Part shown: piece after piece, positions 53,568 to 63,057 of the stretch
How positions within the stretch are numbered: the stretch's first letter is position 1
Layout of the letters: every line of letters begins with the position of its first letter
From: a virus
Reading direction: 5' to 3' (one strand)
DNA: 64,000 nucleotides
IMG/VR virus record: IMGVR_UViG_3300042888_002665
The notes under the pieces: model-generated
What the model was told of the DNA's origin: nothing
Database searches by the model: none
The model's input: the letters and a program-made list of their open reading frames with translations, nothing else
Translations under genes and position numbers: made by a program

Positions 53568-55085
53568 TTACAAATTTAACTTAGACCCTATAGTAAAGAA
53601 GAATGTTGGTTTATCAAATGTAGATGGTATATTTGATTTTATATTAAAGTTAATTCGGAAACGTTTAGATAACGGAATATCGAATGAATTTCCTAACATA
53701 ACATTAAAATCTTTATTTACTTTCATTATCGGATCACTTGTAATATAAGATGTCGGAGAATAAAGTAGAAACACTTCAGGTGTAAATTTAATTTTAGTTT
53801 TTGTTTCTAATGGTCGCATATAGAATCCAGTTAGAGATGGGCCATACATTTGATCGCCTGATCCTAAGAATCCAGCAATTAATGATACGTTATAACCTGT
53901 AACACCTTTTTTACCTAATAATTTAATATAAGTATAACCTCCAAATGTTAAATGGTCTGTAAATGTAGTTGCGTATGTTAATGAATAATTTCGAACATGA
54001 CTGATAGCACCATTTGTAGTATACATTTTAGTATACTTACCTGTTAATGCTAATTGTTTGAAATTTAAATGAATCATTGAAGTAGCACCCCACGATTCAT
54101 TTCCCATCAATGATGCTTTTGAAGCTGATACACCCAATACTGGGGTAAATGTATTGTCTGCATTTTGCATTAATGCAAAGTCACCTTGTACTACTAATGG
54201 ATTAGTTGTGTTTACTGTTTTAGCTTTCTTTTCGTCTTTCTTACTGTCTGATTTCTTCTCTTCTTTTTTGCTTTCACTTTTAGCATCGTCTTTCTTTTCT
54301 TCCTTACTTTCGGATTTGGATTCGGATTTGCTTTCTTCTTTAGATTCCGACTTTGATTCGCTTTTAGATTCAGACTTGGCTTCAGCTTTAGCCTCTGCTT
54401 TAGCTTCAGCCTTTGCTTCGGCTTTAGCTCCTCCCGGAGATCCACCGCCTCCTCCACCACCACCTCCACCTCCACCACCTGTAGCGCCTCCACCACTTGG
54501 AGCGGAACTACCCGCTGATGATGCGCTTGAACTCGCTGTAGATGATGCACTTGATGACGCACTACTTGATGCCGTAGATGAAGCTGTACTTGATGCTGTA
54601 CTAGCGGCTGCACCTGCAGCAGTATTAGATGCTGTATTTGAAGCTGTACTAGCAGCAGTAGAAGCTGCGGTTGAAGCAGCAGTTGATGCTGCAGTACTTG
54701 CTGCTGTTGATGCTGCAGTTTGAGCTGCTGTTTGAGCAGCAGTCTGGGCGGCTGTCTGTGCTGCAACTTGTGCTGCTGCTTGAGCTACTACTGCTGAAAT
54801 TGTATTTGAAATTGTTTGAGTTTGGGTTTGGGCAACTACTTCTTGTGCTTTACACACATATGCTTTCATTTGCTCATTTACCCATAATTGTACCTCTCCT
54901 TTAGCTGCTTCTTCATATGAAAATGAACGAGCAGAACTACGATATACAATCAATACAGAACCCCCGATCGGAACAGTGTATAATACCATTTGTTTCGAAC
55001 AGGGGTCAAAGTATGCGTTGGTAAGTACTTGTGCCTTACTTAAAAATGAAACAGTTAAGAGTAAGAATACAAGTACATACTTCAC
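53568..55085 (-). CDS. secreted/outer-membrane protein with long low-complexity linker
   Basis: Signal peptide; AQTA/ASTA, poly-Gly, AKAE and SESK repeats; C-terminal alternating beta-strands. Confidence 0.75.
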   Translation of the reverse strand: MKYVLVFLLLTVSFLSKAQVLTNAYFDPCSKQMVLYTVPIGGSVLIVYRSSARSFSYEEAAKGEVQLWVNEQMKAYVCKAQEVVAQTQTQTISNTISAVVAQAAAQVAAQTAAQTAAQTAAQTAASTAASTAASTAASTAASTAASTASNTASNTAAGAAASTASSTASSTASSSASSSASSTASSSASSAGSSAPSGGGATGGGGGGGGGGGGGSPGGAKAEAKAEAKAEAKAEAKSESKSESKSESKEESKSESKSESKEEKKDDAKSESKKEEKKSDSKKDEKKAKTVNTTNPLVVQGDFALMQNADNTFTPVLGVSASKASLMGNESWGATSMIHLNFKQLALTGKYTKMYTTNGAISHVRNYSLTYATTFTDHLTFGGYTYIKLLGKKGVTGYNVSLIAGFLGSGDQMYGPSLTGFYMRPLETKTKIKFTPEVFLLYSPTSYITSDPIMKVNKDFNVMLGNSFDIPLSKRFRINFNIKSNIPSTFDKPTFFFTIGSKLNL

Positions 55086-55088
55086 TTA

Positions 55089-55889
55089 TTACGCTCCTAT
55101 TGCTTTACTAAATCCGTTAGGACAAGTTCTAGTACATACTAAAGATGCAACAACTGGTGCTACTGCAGCTCCGATTGCAATGCCAACTCCTGCTGGAGTA
55201 GCCCACAATGCAGCCGAATCTAAACTATAGTAAATACAATTTGAACATACATTTTTCAATAATTGTGGATCAACATTTCCACCAACACCAGGTATTGCTA
55301 AAAATCCGTCTGCTACTATTGAACCCATTGCTGTTGCTGCTACTGATTTAGCTGCCATATCTGCTGTATAAAGAACAGGTGTAGCCATTAATGATAATGT
55401 AGTTGAAGTTGCTGCTCCAGCTGGTTGAGCTGGTGTGAATGCTGCAACACATCCCATAGAGATTGCTGCGGTTATTCCAATCGTACAAGCATTTGCATCT
55501 GCCCAATTATATGCAGCTACTGCACCTGCTGCCACTATTTCAACACCCGCAACAATTTGTTGTTCAGCTTGTTTAGATAATTGAACAAATTCGTTTTGAG
55601 TTACATCGAATCCTACCTTTGCAAATTCTTCGGTAGTACTTGCAATAGTACACGCTGCACTTTCTACTCTGTGTGCACTATCGGTAGCAAATGCTACTGA
55701 ATAGTTGTATGCATCTTCTACACTACCTATTGCAGTGTTTATACCACTTCCAATTGGTTGAATTACATTATCATTAATTGCATTTCCTGCATCTACAAAT
55801 GCATTACCAATTGGCTGAATAACATTATCATTAATTGCATTTCCCGCATCTACGAATGCGTTTTCAATTGCTTTTCCGGCTCCGCCCAT
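55089..55889 (-). CDS. Ala/Gly-rich protein with 18-aa tandem repeat and hydrophobic C-terminus
   Basis: NAFVDAGNAINDNVIQPIG x2. Confidence 0.7.
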   Translation of the reverse strand: MGGAGKAIENAFVDAGNAINDNVIQPIGNAFVDAGNAINDNVIQPIGSGINTAIGSVEDAYNYSVAFATDSAHRVESAACTIASTTEEFAKVGFDVTQNEFVQLSKQAEQQIVAGVEIVAAGAVAAYNWADANACTIGITAAISMGCVAAFTPAQPAGAATSTTLSLMATPVLYTADMAAKSVAATAMGSIVADGFLAIPGVGGNVDPQLLKNVCSNCIYYSLDSAALWATPAGVGIAIGAAVAPVVASLVCTRTCPNGFSKAIGA

Positions 55890-55900
55890 ATTTTTTTAGT

Positions 55901-56209
55901 TTAGTTTATTTCCATTCTCATTAAATATAACTCGTTGTTTTCAAACCAATCTTTGAATCCAAACATTTTTGCTAATTTCTTTGCTTTAAGATTACCCTTT
56001 AAAGGTGCTCCGTATATTTCATTATATCCTTCTTTTTTAAAATTATTAAGAATACCATCATAGATATACATCATTCTTTTAAAAAAGGAATGTGACCAAA
56101 TATTCTCATCAAAAGTTATATGCATTGCAATCTTACTTTTATTGAATAGATAATCACATTCTACTAATACATCTTTATCTTCATATAACGTTACTCTTAT
56201 TGGTAGCAT
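55901..56209 (-). CDS. putative GNAT-like protein
   Basis: C-terminal NLKAKKLAKMFGF resembles GNAT motif B. Confidence 0.45.
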   Translation of the reverse strand: MLPIRVTLYEDKDVLVECDYLFNKSKIAMHITFDENIWSHSFFKRMMYIYDGILNNFKKEGYNEIYGAPLKGNLKAKKLAKMFGFKDWFENNELYLMRMEIN

Positions 56210-56221
56210 AATTACTTTATA

Positions 56222-57064
56222 TTAAGCAAGTAATTTGTAATACTCTTTAAAATGTTTGATGCGATCTGGTAGACCAATTGTACCACCATTAACGCGTTTT
56301 GTAATTTGAGTAACTACAGCATCGGAAGCACCACTATCAGCCATCTTGTGTAATCCGTTTTTAGAGAAAAACCAAGCAGCTGAGAGTAAGGCATATTTCG
56401 ATGAAACCACATCTGGGTTAGACAAAATGTCTTCTCCAATGGACTTACCGAATGCTGTATAGTTCTCCTTTCCAGTTAGTTGTATATAACCTCTTCCACG
56501 AAACTTATATCCTTCACCTGATGCTTCATTGCCATTACCCATTCTACCTCCGTAGACACGAGCAGCAATTTTAGCAGGTTTGCGTTCGTATTGAGCAGCT
56601 AATGCAGCATTTGGGAAATATTTTTTAAATATTCCCATTAATCCTTTAGCTGAATAATTTAAATTTTCTTGAGTTGCACGGAACCCACCTGATTCGTGTC
56701 CGCACTGTGCTAAAAAGTGAGCTAAACGTAGTGGTGTATTAATACCAAATTTAGCTGCTGTATCGGGAATCATTGCGATTACTGCATCTGGAATATGTCC
56801 TTTTAAATTAGATAATTTTAAATTGCCTGAATTAGCAATTGGAGCCGCAGGGGCAGCAGGTGCAGTAGCTACTGGAGCAGCACCACCAAACATTTTTGAC
56901 CAAGTACCAGCACCAACAATACCATCAGCTGTTAATCCATTAGCTGATTGCCATGCTTTAACAGCGGCGTCTGTTTTAGGTCCAAATTTACCAATGGCTT
57001 CTATACCTAATTTTACTTGAAGCTTTTTTACATCTTCACCCTCGGATCCTAGCTTTAATAGCAT
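56222..57064 (-). CDS. endolysin: peptidoglycan-binding domain + GH19 chitinase-like domain
   Basis: LGSEGEDVKKLQ...ADGIVG; RLAHFLAQCGHESGGF, FRGRGYIQLTGKENY, TKRVNGG. Confidence 0.92.
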   Translation of the reverse strand: MLLKLGSEGEDVKKLQVKLGIEAIGKFGPKTDAAVKAWQSANGLTADGIVGAGTWSKMFGGAAPVATAPAAPAAPIANSGNLKLSNLKGHIPDAVIAMIPDTAAKFGINTPLRLAHFLAQCGHESGGFRATQENLNYSAKGLMGIFKKYFPNAALAAQYERKPAKIAARVYGGRMGNGNEASGEGYKFRGRGYIQLTGKENYTAFGKSIGEDILSNPDVVSSKYALLSAAWFFSKNGLHKMADSGASDAVVTQITKRVNGGTIGLPDRIKHFKEYYKLLA

Positions 57065-57110
57065 CGTTTATTGTTTTTATAGTTAATTATTACAGTTGTA
57101 CTCTTTGTTC

Positions 57111-57530
57111 TTAGAATTGGATTTTATCCAATTTGTAAGTTAAACCTAAGCCTGGTGTAAAGTTGTTTCCAACTAAATTACCAATAACCCAAATTTTAAG
57201 TCCTTCAGATTTTAATGGAGCGTATCCTATCCACACGTTAGGCTTATTTACATTATCTACAGGTTGAATACCCATACCTAACATTAAGCGCTCACTAGCA
57301 AACATACGAATAACACCAAATTTCATAGTTTTATCAAAACTACCTGTTTTAGTTGATACCATTGGATCAGCATCATACTTAAAACCAGCATAAATACCCC
57401 ATCCTTTTTTGATATAACCACCTGTTAAATATCCGTCCATACCTTTATTAGTAGCAGAACCGAAAAATTCTTGTGCGTTAGCAGCTACTGCAGACAAACA
57501 CAAAATTGCAATCAATAATAACTTTTTCAT
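57111..57530 (-). CDS. small outer-membrane beta-barrel-like protein
   Basis: Signal peptide, alternating Gly/aromatic strands, terminal Phe. Confidence 0.6.
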   Translation of the reverse strand: MKKLLLIAILCLSAVAANAQEFFGSATNKGMDGYLTGGYIKKGWGIYAGFKYDADPMVSTKTGSFDKTMKFGVIRMFASERLMLGMGIQPVDNVNKPNVWIGYAPLKSEGLKIWVIGNLVGNNFTPGLGLTYKLDKIQF

Positions 57531-57533
57531 AGT

Positions 57534-58247
57534 TTAATTTTTAAATATATTCTTTTTTATCATACGTGATACTATCCTAGAAGCTGCTGTTTCCAACGCT
57601 TTTTTAGTGGTAATTCCGATTGTTGATTGATTAAATTTAATCTCATCAAATGAATCAGATAACGCACCTTGTTTTACTGTACTTGCCTCGCCTAAGCCTG
57701 AACCAGTGATATACTCAGCAGTCTCAGCGTTAACGAACTTAACTTGTAGACCCAACCGGGTAGTTTGAGTTTGCTTAACACCATCTTTTAATTTTAATTG
57801 CTCGTCTTCAGAAACAGAGAAGTCGTATACCTCTACATATACAAAATATTGTGCAAGCTTAATTTTTCCTCTACCATCTAATTTATTTTCTGTAAAACCC
57901 GATTGAGACGCCTGGAATTGTTTTACCATTCTGTTCTTAATCTCGGCTTTATCTTCAGTAAATGTAAATCGATTTGTTTCTTCTAAAAATTCAACTACAA
58001 TATTTGTTAAACCTAAACCAACACGTTTGTCTTTAAGTTCAGGATACATTGCAAATATCTCATCTGTAATTCCAATACTTAATAATTGAATTGGGATTTT
58101 AGGTCCTTCATAATCAGATACAACATCAATTGATTGTTTCTTTTCAAAATCAGCTTGGTATGCTTCTGTCTTTACAGAACCAATAGTTTGTCCAAGCACT
58201 GGTAAACATAATAAAGACAGGAATAATACCAATAAATTATCCTTCAT
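57534..58247 (-). CDS. CsgG/HfaB-family envelope protein
   Basis: LEETNRF, AQYFVYVEVYDFS, RLGLQVKFVNAETAEYI, ALETAA. Confidence 0.78.
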   Translation of the reverse strand: MKDNLLVLFLSLLCLPVLGQTIGSVKTEAYQADFEKKQSIDVVSDYEGPKIPIQLLSIGITDEIFAMYPELKDKRVGLGLTNIVVEFLEETNRFTFTEDKAEIKNRMVKQFQASQSGFTENKLDGRGKIKLAQYFVYVEVYDFSVSEDEQLKLKDGVKQTQTTRLGLQVKFVNAETAEYITGSGLGEASTVKQGALSDSFDEIKFNQSTIGITTKKALETAASRIVSRMIKKNIFKN

Positions 58248-58533
58248 ATTCTTCTTCTTTTTTTTCTGCTTTAGTAGCTTCTGAAATTTGTTTTTTCATT
58301 CCTGTAAATTTATCTACTGAAGATAAACCTAATGAACCGAATGCTAATAATGCTACTGCATTTACTAATGATTCTGCAGGTGCGATATGTGCTTCAGAGA
58401 ATGAATTTTGATACATTGTAATGCACAATGTTAATGCAGCTAATAAACCAACAAATCGTTTTGATGATACAGCACCTTTTTCATCAGCTAGTAATGAATT
58501 AGCACCTGCCATAAATTTTTTTAATATTTCCAT
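58237..58533 (-). CDS. two-TM membrane protein (holin-like)
   Basis: SSKRFVGLLAAL, two TM segments, charged tail; near the endolysin. Confidence 0.55.
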   Translation of the reverse strand: MEILKKFMAGANSLLADEKGAVSSKRFVGLLAALTLCITMYQNSFSEAHIAPAESLVNAVALLAFGSLGLSSVDKFTGMKKQISEATKAEKKEEEYEG

Positions 58534-58534
58534 T

Positions 58535-58687
58535 TTACCAAGGTTGTTTTGATATTTTAGCCGCTATTTGGTTTGCTTTATCATTCTGATTGGTAAAATG
58601 TAGGTATACAAAATACATCTGAGTGCTAAAGCCAATTACAATTCCAGCTAAAACTAATTTTGAATAAATTTTATATACCTTTTCCAT
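58535..58687 (-). CDS. small single-TM protein (50 aa)
   Basis: Hand-translated MEKVYKIYSKLVLAGIVIGFSTQMYFVYLHF... Confidence 0.5.
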   Translation of the reverse strand: MEKVYKIYSKLVLAGIVIGFSTQMYFVYLHFTNQNDKANQIAAKISKQPW

Positions 58688-58691
58688 TTTA

Positions 58692-59264
58692 TTATTCTTC
58701 TATAGACTCTTCTACGTCCTTTATTTTCCCACACTTTAAACATTCTTCATCACCATCACCGTCTGAATCACCCCATACGTGTTCGCATTGGCGATGAGCG
58801 AAGTATTCATCAATTTGGCCATCACCATCGAAATCAATACCATCCATTGTACCATCTCCATCTTCATCAACTTCAATGCCAATTCTAGGTTCTGGTTTAG
58901 GTTCTGGAGCCGGTGCAGGAGCAGGTGCGTCACCTCCTTTAGTATCGGATAATGACACACCATCTTCCTCGTCCATTTTCTGAACTAGCATTTTATCTTT
59001 ATCTGTATCAGAGAACCAATAATCAATTATTTTACTATATGAACCAATGAATGCTCCAAGTAACAACAACATTAATTCTTTCCACTCACCTGCAATTTCA
59101 GTGCCTTGAACAATAGCGGCAAATATACCACCAATTATTAACATAAATCCACCTAAAACCATAGCGGTAATATACCATCTACGTTTCATCATTGCATTTA
59201 ATAGTTCCTTAAATCCCGTAGGAGTAGGTTGTGCCATAGGTTGTTCTTCTTTAAATAACTTCAT
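58692..59264 (-). CDS. membrane protein with DxDxDG Ca-binding-like repeats
   Basis: Two TM helices; DEDGDG, DFDGDG, DSDGDG; C-H-x-W...CLKCG. Confidence 0.7.
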   Translation of the reverse strand: MKLFKEEQPMAQPTPTGFKELLNAMMKRRWYITAMVLGGFMLIIGGIFAAIVQGTEIAGEWKELMLLLLGAFIGSYSKIIDYWFSDTDKDKMLVQKMDEEDGVSLSDTKGGDAPAPAPAPEPKPEPRIGIEVDEDGDGTMDGIDFDGDGQIDEYFAHRQCEHVWGDSDGDGDEECLKCGKIKDVEESIEE

Positions 59265-59270
59265 TGTTAA

Positions 59271-59570
59271 TTACCATTTAGGAGCTTCTTCTAGCTCTTC
59301 TTTAGCTGTTTTAGGTTTTGGTTTAGGAGCAGGAGCAGGTTTTGTACCACTACCACCACCACCTACAACATTCTTTTGTTGTTGTGTGTTGTTTGTAGTA
59401 ATATTAATTACTGGTGCTGGAGCTGTTACTGCTTGTGGTGCTGGTTCATCACCTTCACCTGTAAGAGTTTTTGTTACGTACCCACCAACACCTAATGCTA
59501 CTGTGCTTGCTAGACCAATAATGATGCTTTTAAATGATCCTCCTCCTGAGTTTTCTGATTCTTCTGCCAT
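59271..59570 (-). CDS. membrane-anchored Pro/Gly-rich protein
   Basis: One TM, PAPVINIT, PAPAPKPKP. Confidence 0.65.
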   Translation of the reverse strand: MAEESENSGGGSFKSIIIGLASTVALGVGGYVTKTLTGEGDEPAPQAVTAPAPVINITTNNTQQQKNVVGGGGSGTKPAPAPKPKPKTAKEELEEAPKW

Positions 59571-59577
59571 GTTATTT

Positions 59578-59946
59578 TTAACGTTTAATTACTAATGGTT
59601 TTTTAACTGATACCCCATTGATATCAGTTAATGTTATATCGTATATTCCATCTTCTAAATCTTTGAAATCGTATATTTTAGTTACAATCTCGCTTTCAGC
59701 AGTTAATGGCAATGTTTTTGTAGGTTCAATAGCAGCAAATTTATATACTTGTACAGAGTACTTAGCTCCAGTCGTAACCGCGTATTGTACTGTAACTGTA
59801 CCACCTGTTGATACTACACTAAGTATATCTGTGGATTTTGCTGTAACTCCTAATTTAATTTCAGGTGTAGATAAAACTTCTATATCACTGCATCCTGCGG
59901 TAATAAATATAAGGCCGATTAAAACAATTGATAATAAGTTTTTCAT
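59578..59946 (-). CDS. lipoprotein resembling a T9SS C-terminal sorting domain
   Basis: Lipobox TAGC; YSVQVY...YDFKDLEDGIYDITL...KKPLVIKR. Confidence 0.55.
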   Translation of the reverse strand: MKNLLSIVLIGLIFITAGCSDIEVLSTPEIKLGVTAKSTDILSVVSTGGTVTVQYAVTTGAKYSVQVYKFAAIEPTKTLPLTAESEIVTKIYDFKDLEDGIYDITLTDINGVSVKKPLVIKR

Positions 59947-59948
59947 AT

Positions 59949-61742
59949 TTAAAAGTTGTTATATCCTGTTAATTTTATTGTTTCTGTATTTAAGTTAATT
60001 CCCAACTGAGATCCGCTAGTTGATGCAGCATCTGTTGCAGAAGTAATTTTAATAAATGAATTAATATCTAATCCGCTTACTAATGTGCTGAATTTCAATT
60101 TAAATGGAATCGCAGCACCTTTAATTGGAGTTTTTAACTTTTGATCAATTGCTCCGAATTTAACTTTACCTGTTGCCGAGTTAGCAAATACATACCACTC
60201 GTTAGGTACTTCTGAAGCCATTGATTCGAACTTAACTTTGCTTGGATCGTATGCGAATTCAAACTGTAGAGCCGCTACTTCATTTCCGTTTGTATTAACT
60301 GCAACTGGTATTTCAATTGAATTTGAAGTTACTGTTACGTTTTTAATATTAACATCAATAGCAGGAACAGATTGAGGAGTATTAATAAATCCTATAGTTC
60401 TATTCATTATAGCTTTATTAGCAATACTTTTATTTAATGATACTACTGCATTTGTTTTTATGACACCACCAACAACTACTTGAGATGAATGTGAACGATT
60501 TATATCACCAGGAAGTACATATTTTACATTAATTGTTAATGGTGTTCCTGGGGTAGCTGGAGTAGTGTATTCATAAGCACGCTGTGCATTAGTAGGTAAA
60601 GTAGTAAATACGTTAGATGGAGTAGCAGCGTCAAATTCCGTAGCTTTAAACGTAGGTAAACTCATCCACCCATTAGACCCAACTGTATATCCTTCTGGTA
60701 ATACGATTAATTGATTTACACCAACTGCTTGTGCATATAATTTAGTTAAATCACCACCATCAAATCCGTTTGATCTGTTAACATCTACCGCCCAATATCC
60801 CATACCAGTTATAATACTAGTATTTTTATATGTTCTATCTAGATTTTGAGATACAAATTCTGATTGTGCTGTTGTATAATCAGATACCGATACTGCTGAA
60901 TTCATTATAGCTGGTAATTGATCCATATTAGCCATTACCATAATTTGATAAGCGGTATTTGCAGTCAATAATGAATCTACAATATTTACTGTACCATTTG
61001 CAGTTACATTAAACATTGGTCCAGTATTATCAGCTTTCTTAAATAATACTTTAACGTGAGTTGGATTAATATTTCCATTTAAATCCAATACTGCTTTAAC
61101 GAATTTCTTAGCGTCTGGGTTTTGTGTAATTACTGTAGTTAATGGAATTTCGTTTACCGCAGCGCCTGATGAACCATTTTGGTTAAATGATGCTGCAAAG
61201 TTCATTTTAATTGGATCCCATGCATCACCTACTGCTGTTGTTTTTAATCTAAAACGCAATTTCAATAAATCACCATAAGTATTATAAGGTAGTGGTGAAT
61301 TTGATGCCCAGTTTAAATAAACACGAATAATTGTTTTAGGACCACCTTGAGTAAAACTGTATCCCGCACTGTTGTAATTTTGATTACCATTAGGGGATGT
61401 GTTATTACCATTTCCAGCAAATGAATAACCTGGATATGTGTAATTATCCATTGTAATACTAGCACCTGTAGGTAATACACCACCATTTCCACCTGTTCCA
61501 GTGTGCCCAACACTTACAAAATCAAATGCAGCGTTATTGAATTCAAAATCGAAATACAATGAACGAGAAGTTGTATTTCCATTACCATTTAATTGGACAT
61601 TGACGATGAATTCATCACCTTTATCAATTACTCCACCAGCAATATCTACCTTAGTAGAGTCATCAGCTAACCTAATTTTTGGTTCTTGCGCAAACGCGGT
61701 TAAACTTACTAATGATAATAGTAAGAATAATAATTTTTTCAT
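59949..61742 (-). CDS. secreted protein with cohesin-like and dockerin-like domains
   Basis: Signal peptide; GDEFIVNV...LYFDFEFNNAAFDF and IEIPV...ALQFEFAYDPSKVKF cohesin-like; DVNRSNGFDGGD and GDINRS dockerin-like. Confidence 0.7.
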   Translation of the reverse strand: MKKLLFLLLSLVSLTAFAQEPKIRLADDSTKVDIAGGVIDKGDEFIVNVQLNGNGNTTSRSLYFDFEFNNAAFDFVSVGHTGTGGNGGVLPTGASITMDNYTYPGYSFAGNGNNTSPNGNQNYNSAGYSFTQGGPKTIIRVYLNWASNSPLPYNTYGDLLKLRFRLKTTAVGDAWDPIKMNFAASFNQNGSSGAAVNEIPLTTVITQNPDAKKFVKAVLDLNGNINPTHVKVLFKKADNTGPMFNVTANGTVNIVDSLLTANTAYQIMVMANMDQLPAIMNSAVSVSDYTTAQSEFVSQNLDRTYKNTSIITGMGYWAVDVNRSNGFDGGDLTKLYAQAVGVNQLIVLPEGYTVGSNGWMSLPTFKATEFDAATPSNVFTTLPTNAQRAYEYTTPATPGTPLTINVKYVLPGDINRSHSSQVVVGGVIKTNAVVSLNKSIANKAIMNRTIGFINTPQSVPAIDVNIKNVTVTSNSIEIPVAVNTNGNEVAALQFEFAYDPSKVKFESMASEVPNEWYVFANSATGKVKFGAIDQKLKTPIKGAAIPFKLKFSTLVSGLDINSFIKITSATDAASTSGSQLGINLNTETIKLTGYNNF

Positions 61743-62230
61743 ATTTTGTCTAATAATTTAGTAGTTAATGAAACCGATGCTTTCTTCAATGCATTACTTA
61801 ATGACGTTTGATTAAAACCACCAGCTTCAGAAATTACTAAAGTAGACATTGATATCTCACTTGATTTTTCTGTTGTTGTTTTTGTTTTGACGACTTTATC
61901 GCCCTTTAATAATTTACCCACCATACTAATAACGACGGATTGTTTATCTTGATGCATTATACCTATACTTACATTTGATTGTTCAACATCTAAAAATACG
62001 ATGTCGATTTGTACTGAATAATCAGCAGCTTCTTTAGTAGGTACTAATGAATAATTTTCGGATAATAGTTCTTCAACTATATTTTTAACACCAAATGCTA
62101 AATTGCGGTTTCCTGCTAATTTACCAATTTGTATTTTATTTTCTACATTATGTAGAAATAACTTAGGAGTTTGCGCTTGGCTAATGAATGATGCCAAAAC
62201 CAATATTAATATAGCAATTACTTTCTTCAT
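61739..62230 (-). CDS. secreted envelope protein of the CsgG-associated module
   Basis: Start moved to MKKVIAIL; signal peptide; ATGA overlap with the cohesin gene. Confidence 0.65.
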   Translation of the reverse strand: MKKVIAILILVLASFISQAQTPKLFLHNVENKIQIGKLAGNRNLAFGVKNIVEELLSENYSLVPTKEAADYSVQIDIVFLDVEQSNVSIGIMHQDKQSVVISMVGKLLKGDKVVKTKTTTEKSSEISMSTLVISEAGGFNQTSLSNALKKASVSLTTKLLDKI

Positions 62231-62468
62231 AGATAGAACTAGTTCCCCCATAAATATAGTATATACTACAAAGCCAAATTTGAATATTATAGGCGTAGTG
62301 TGGATTTTTCAACGAACATTATGGCAATTTGTCGTTTTCGTAGAAGTGTTATATACGTATTATCGAACAAAATATAAAATAAAATGCCATTATTAGCAAT
62401 CTCATTATTAATTAGTACATTATTTAGCGTAGTTTTAGTCAAATTTGACAATACTGAGCGGAAATCAA

Positions 62469-62517
62469 AACAACCCATCTCTAACCGCAGACATACTGGT
62501 GGAAGAAACGGGTTGTT
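62469..62517 (-). other. 14-bp hairpin (small RNA or terminator)
   Basis: AACAACCCGTTTCT/AGAGATGGGTTGTT with two G-U pairs on the minus strand, followed by TTGATTT. Confidence 0.5.
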
Positions 62518-62559
62518 AAATATTAATAAAGAAGTAATAGATTAGTAAAAACGTTATAC

Positions 62560-62907
62560 CTATAATGTTATAGGTTCTATTTTAATGCGCTCTAATGAAT
62601 CTTTTTCAATGATTTGTTTTAGCGCTTTAATTTTCTTCTTAGTTTGAGTAAGATCTTTTTTATGTTGGATTAATTTATCATCAGTTTTTTTCTCTTTAAA
62701 CCAACTAGCGGCAAAATCAGTTTTTTCTGTTTTATTTGCTTCATCCCATATTTTACGATATTCAAGTGCTTTAATTTCAGCATTGAGTTTCTGCTCCATA
62801 CCTAATTCAGTACCTAATTTTTGTCTGTAAAATGTCATGTCTTGACTAGGCATCGGACCTCCAACGGCTAATCCCAGCATTATAAGTAATTCTTTTAAAT
62901 CTAGCAT
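62560..62907 (-). CDS. hypothetical protein with N-terminal hydrophobic segment
   Basis: ORF track. Confidence 0.65.
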   Translation of the reverse strand: MLDLKELLIMLGLAVGGPMPSQDMTFYRQKLGTELGMEQKLNAEIKALEYRKIWDEANKTEKTDFAASWFKEKKTDDKLIQHKKDLTQTKKKIKALKQIIEKDSLERIKIEPITL

Positions 62908-62910
62908 AAC

Positions 62911-63042
62911 TTATCCTTTTAGTAATTGTTTTTTATTATCGTTGCACTCACATCTACATTTAGGGCAATCAAATGCTAATAGAGTACAAATACATCCTAA
63001 ACCAAATCCAGCCAATGAGGCAATTGCAATTGTTGTTATCAT
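62911..63042 (-). CDS. small membrane, Cys-rich protein (43 aa)
   Basis: Hand-translated MITTIAIASLAGFGLGCICTLLAFDCPKCRCECNDNKKQLLKG; ATATTTAT core at 63048-63055. Confidence 0.5.
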   Translation of the reverse strand: MITTIAIASLAGFGLGCICTLLAFDCPKCRCECNDNKKQLLKG

Positions 63043-63057
63043 AATAATAAATATTTG

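Noticed and set aside
62469-62517. Solitary CRISPR repeat (Racr RNA)
   Set aside because: Bacteroidota type II/VI repeats run GTTG...CAAC; this hairpin runs CAAC...GTTG on both strands.
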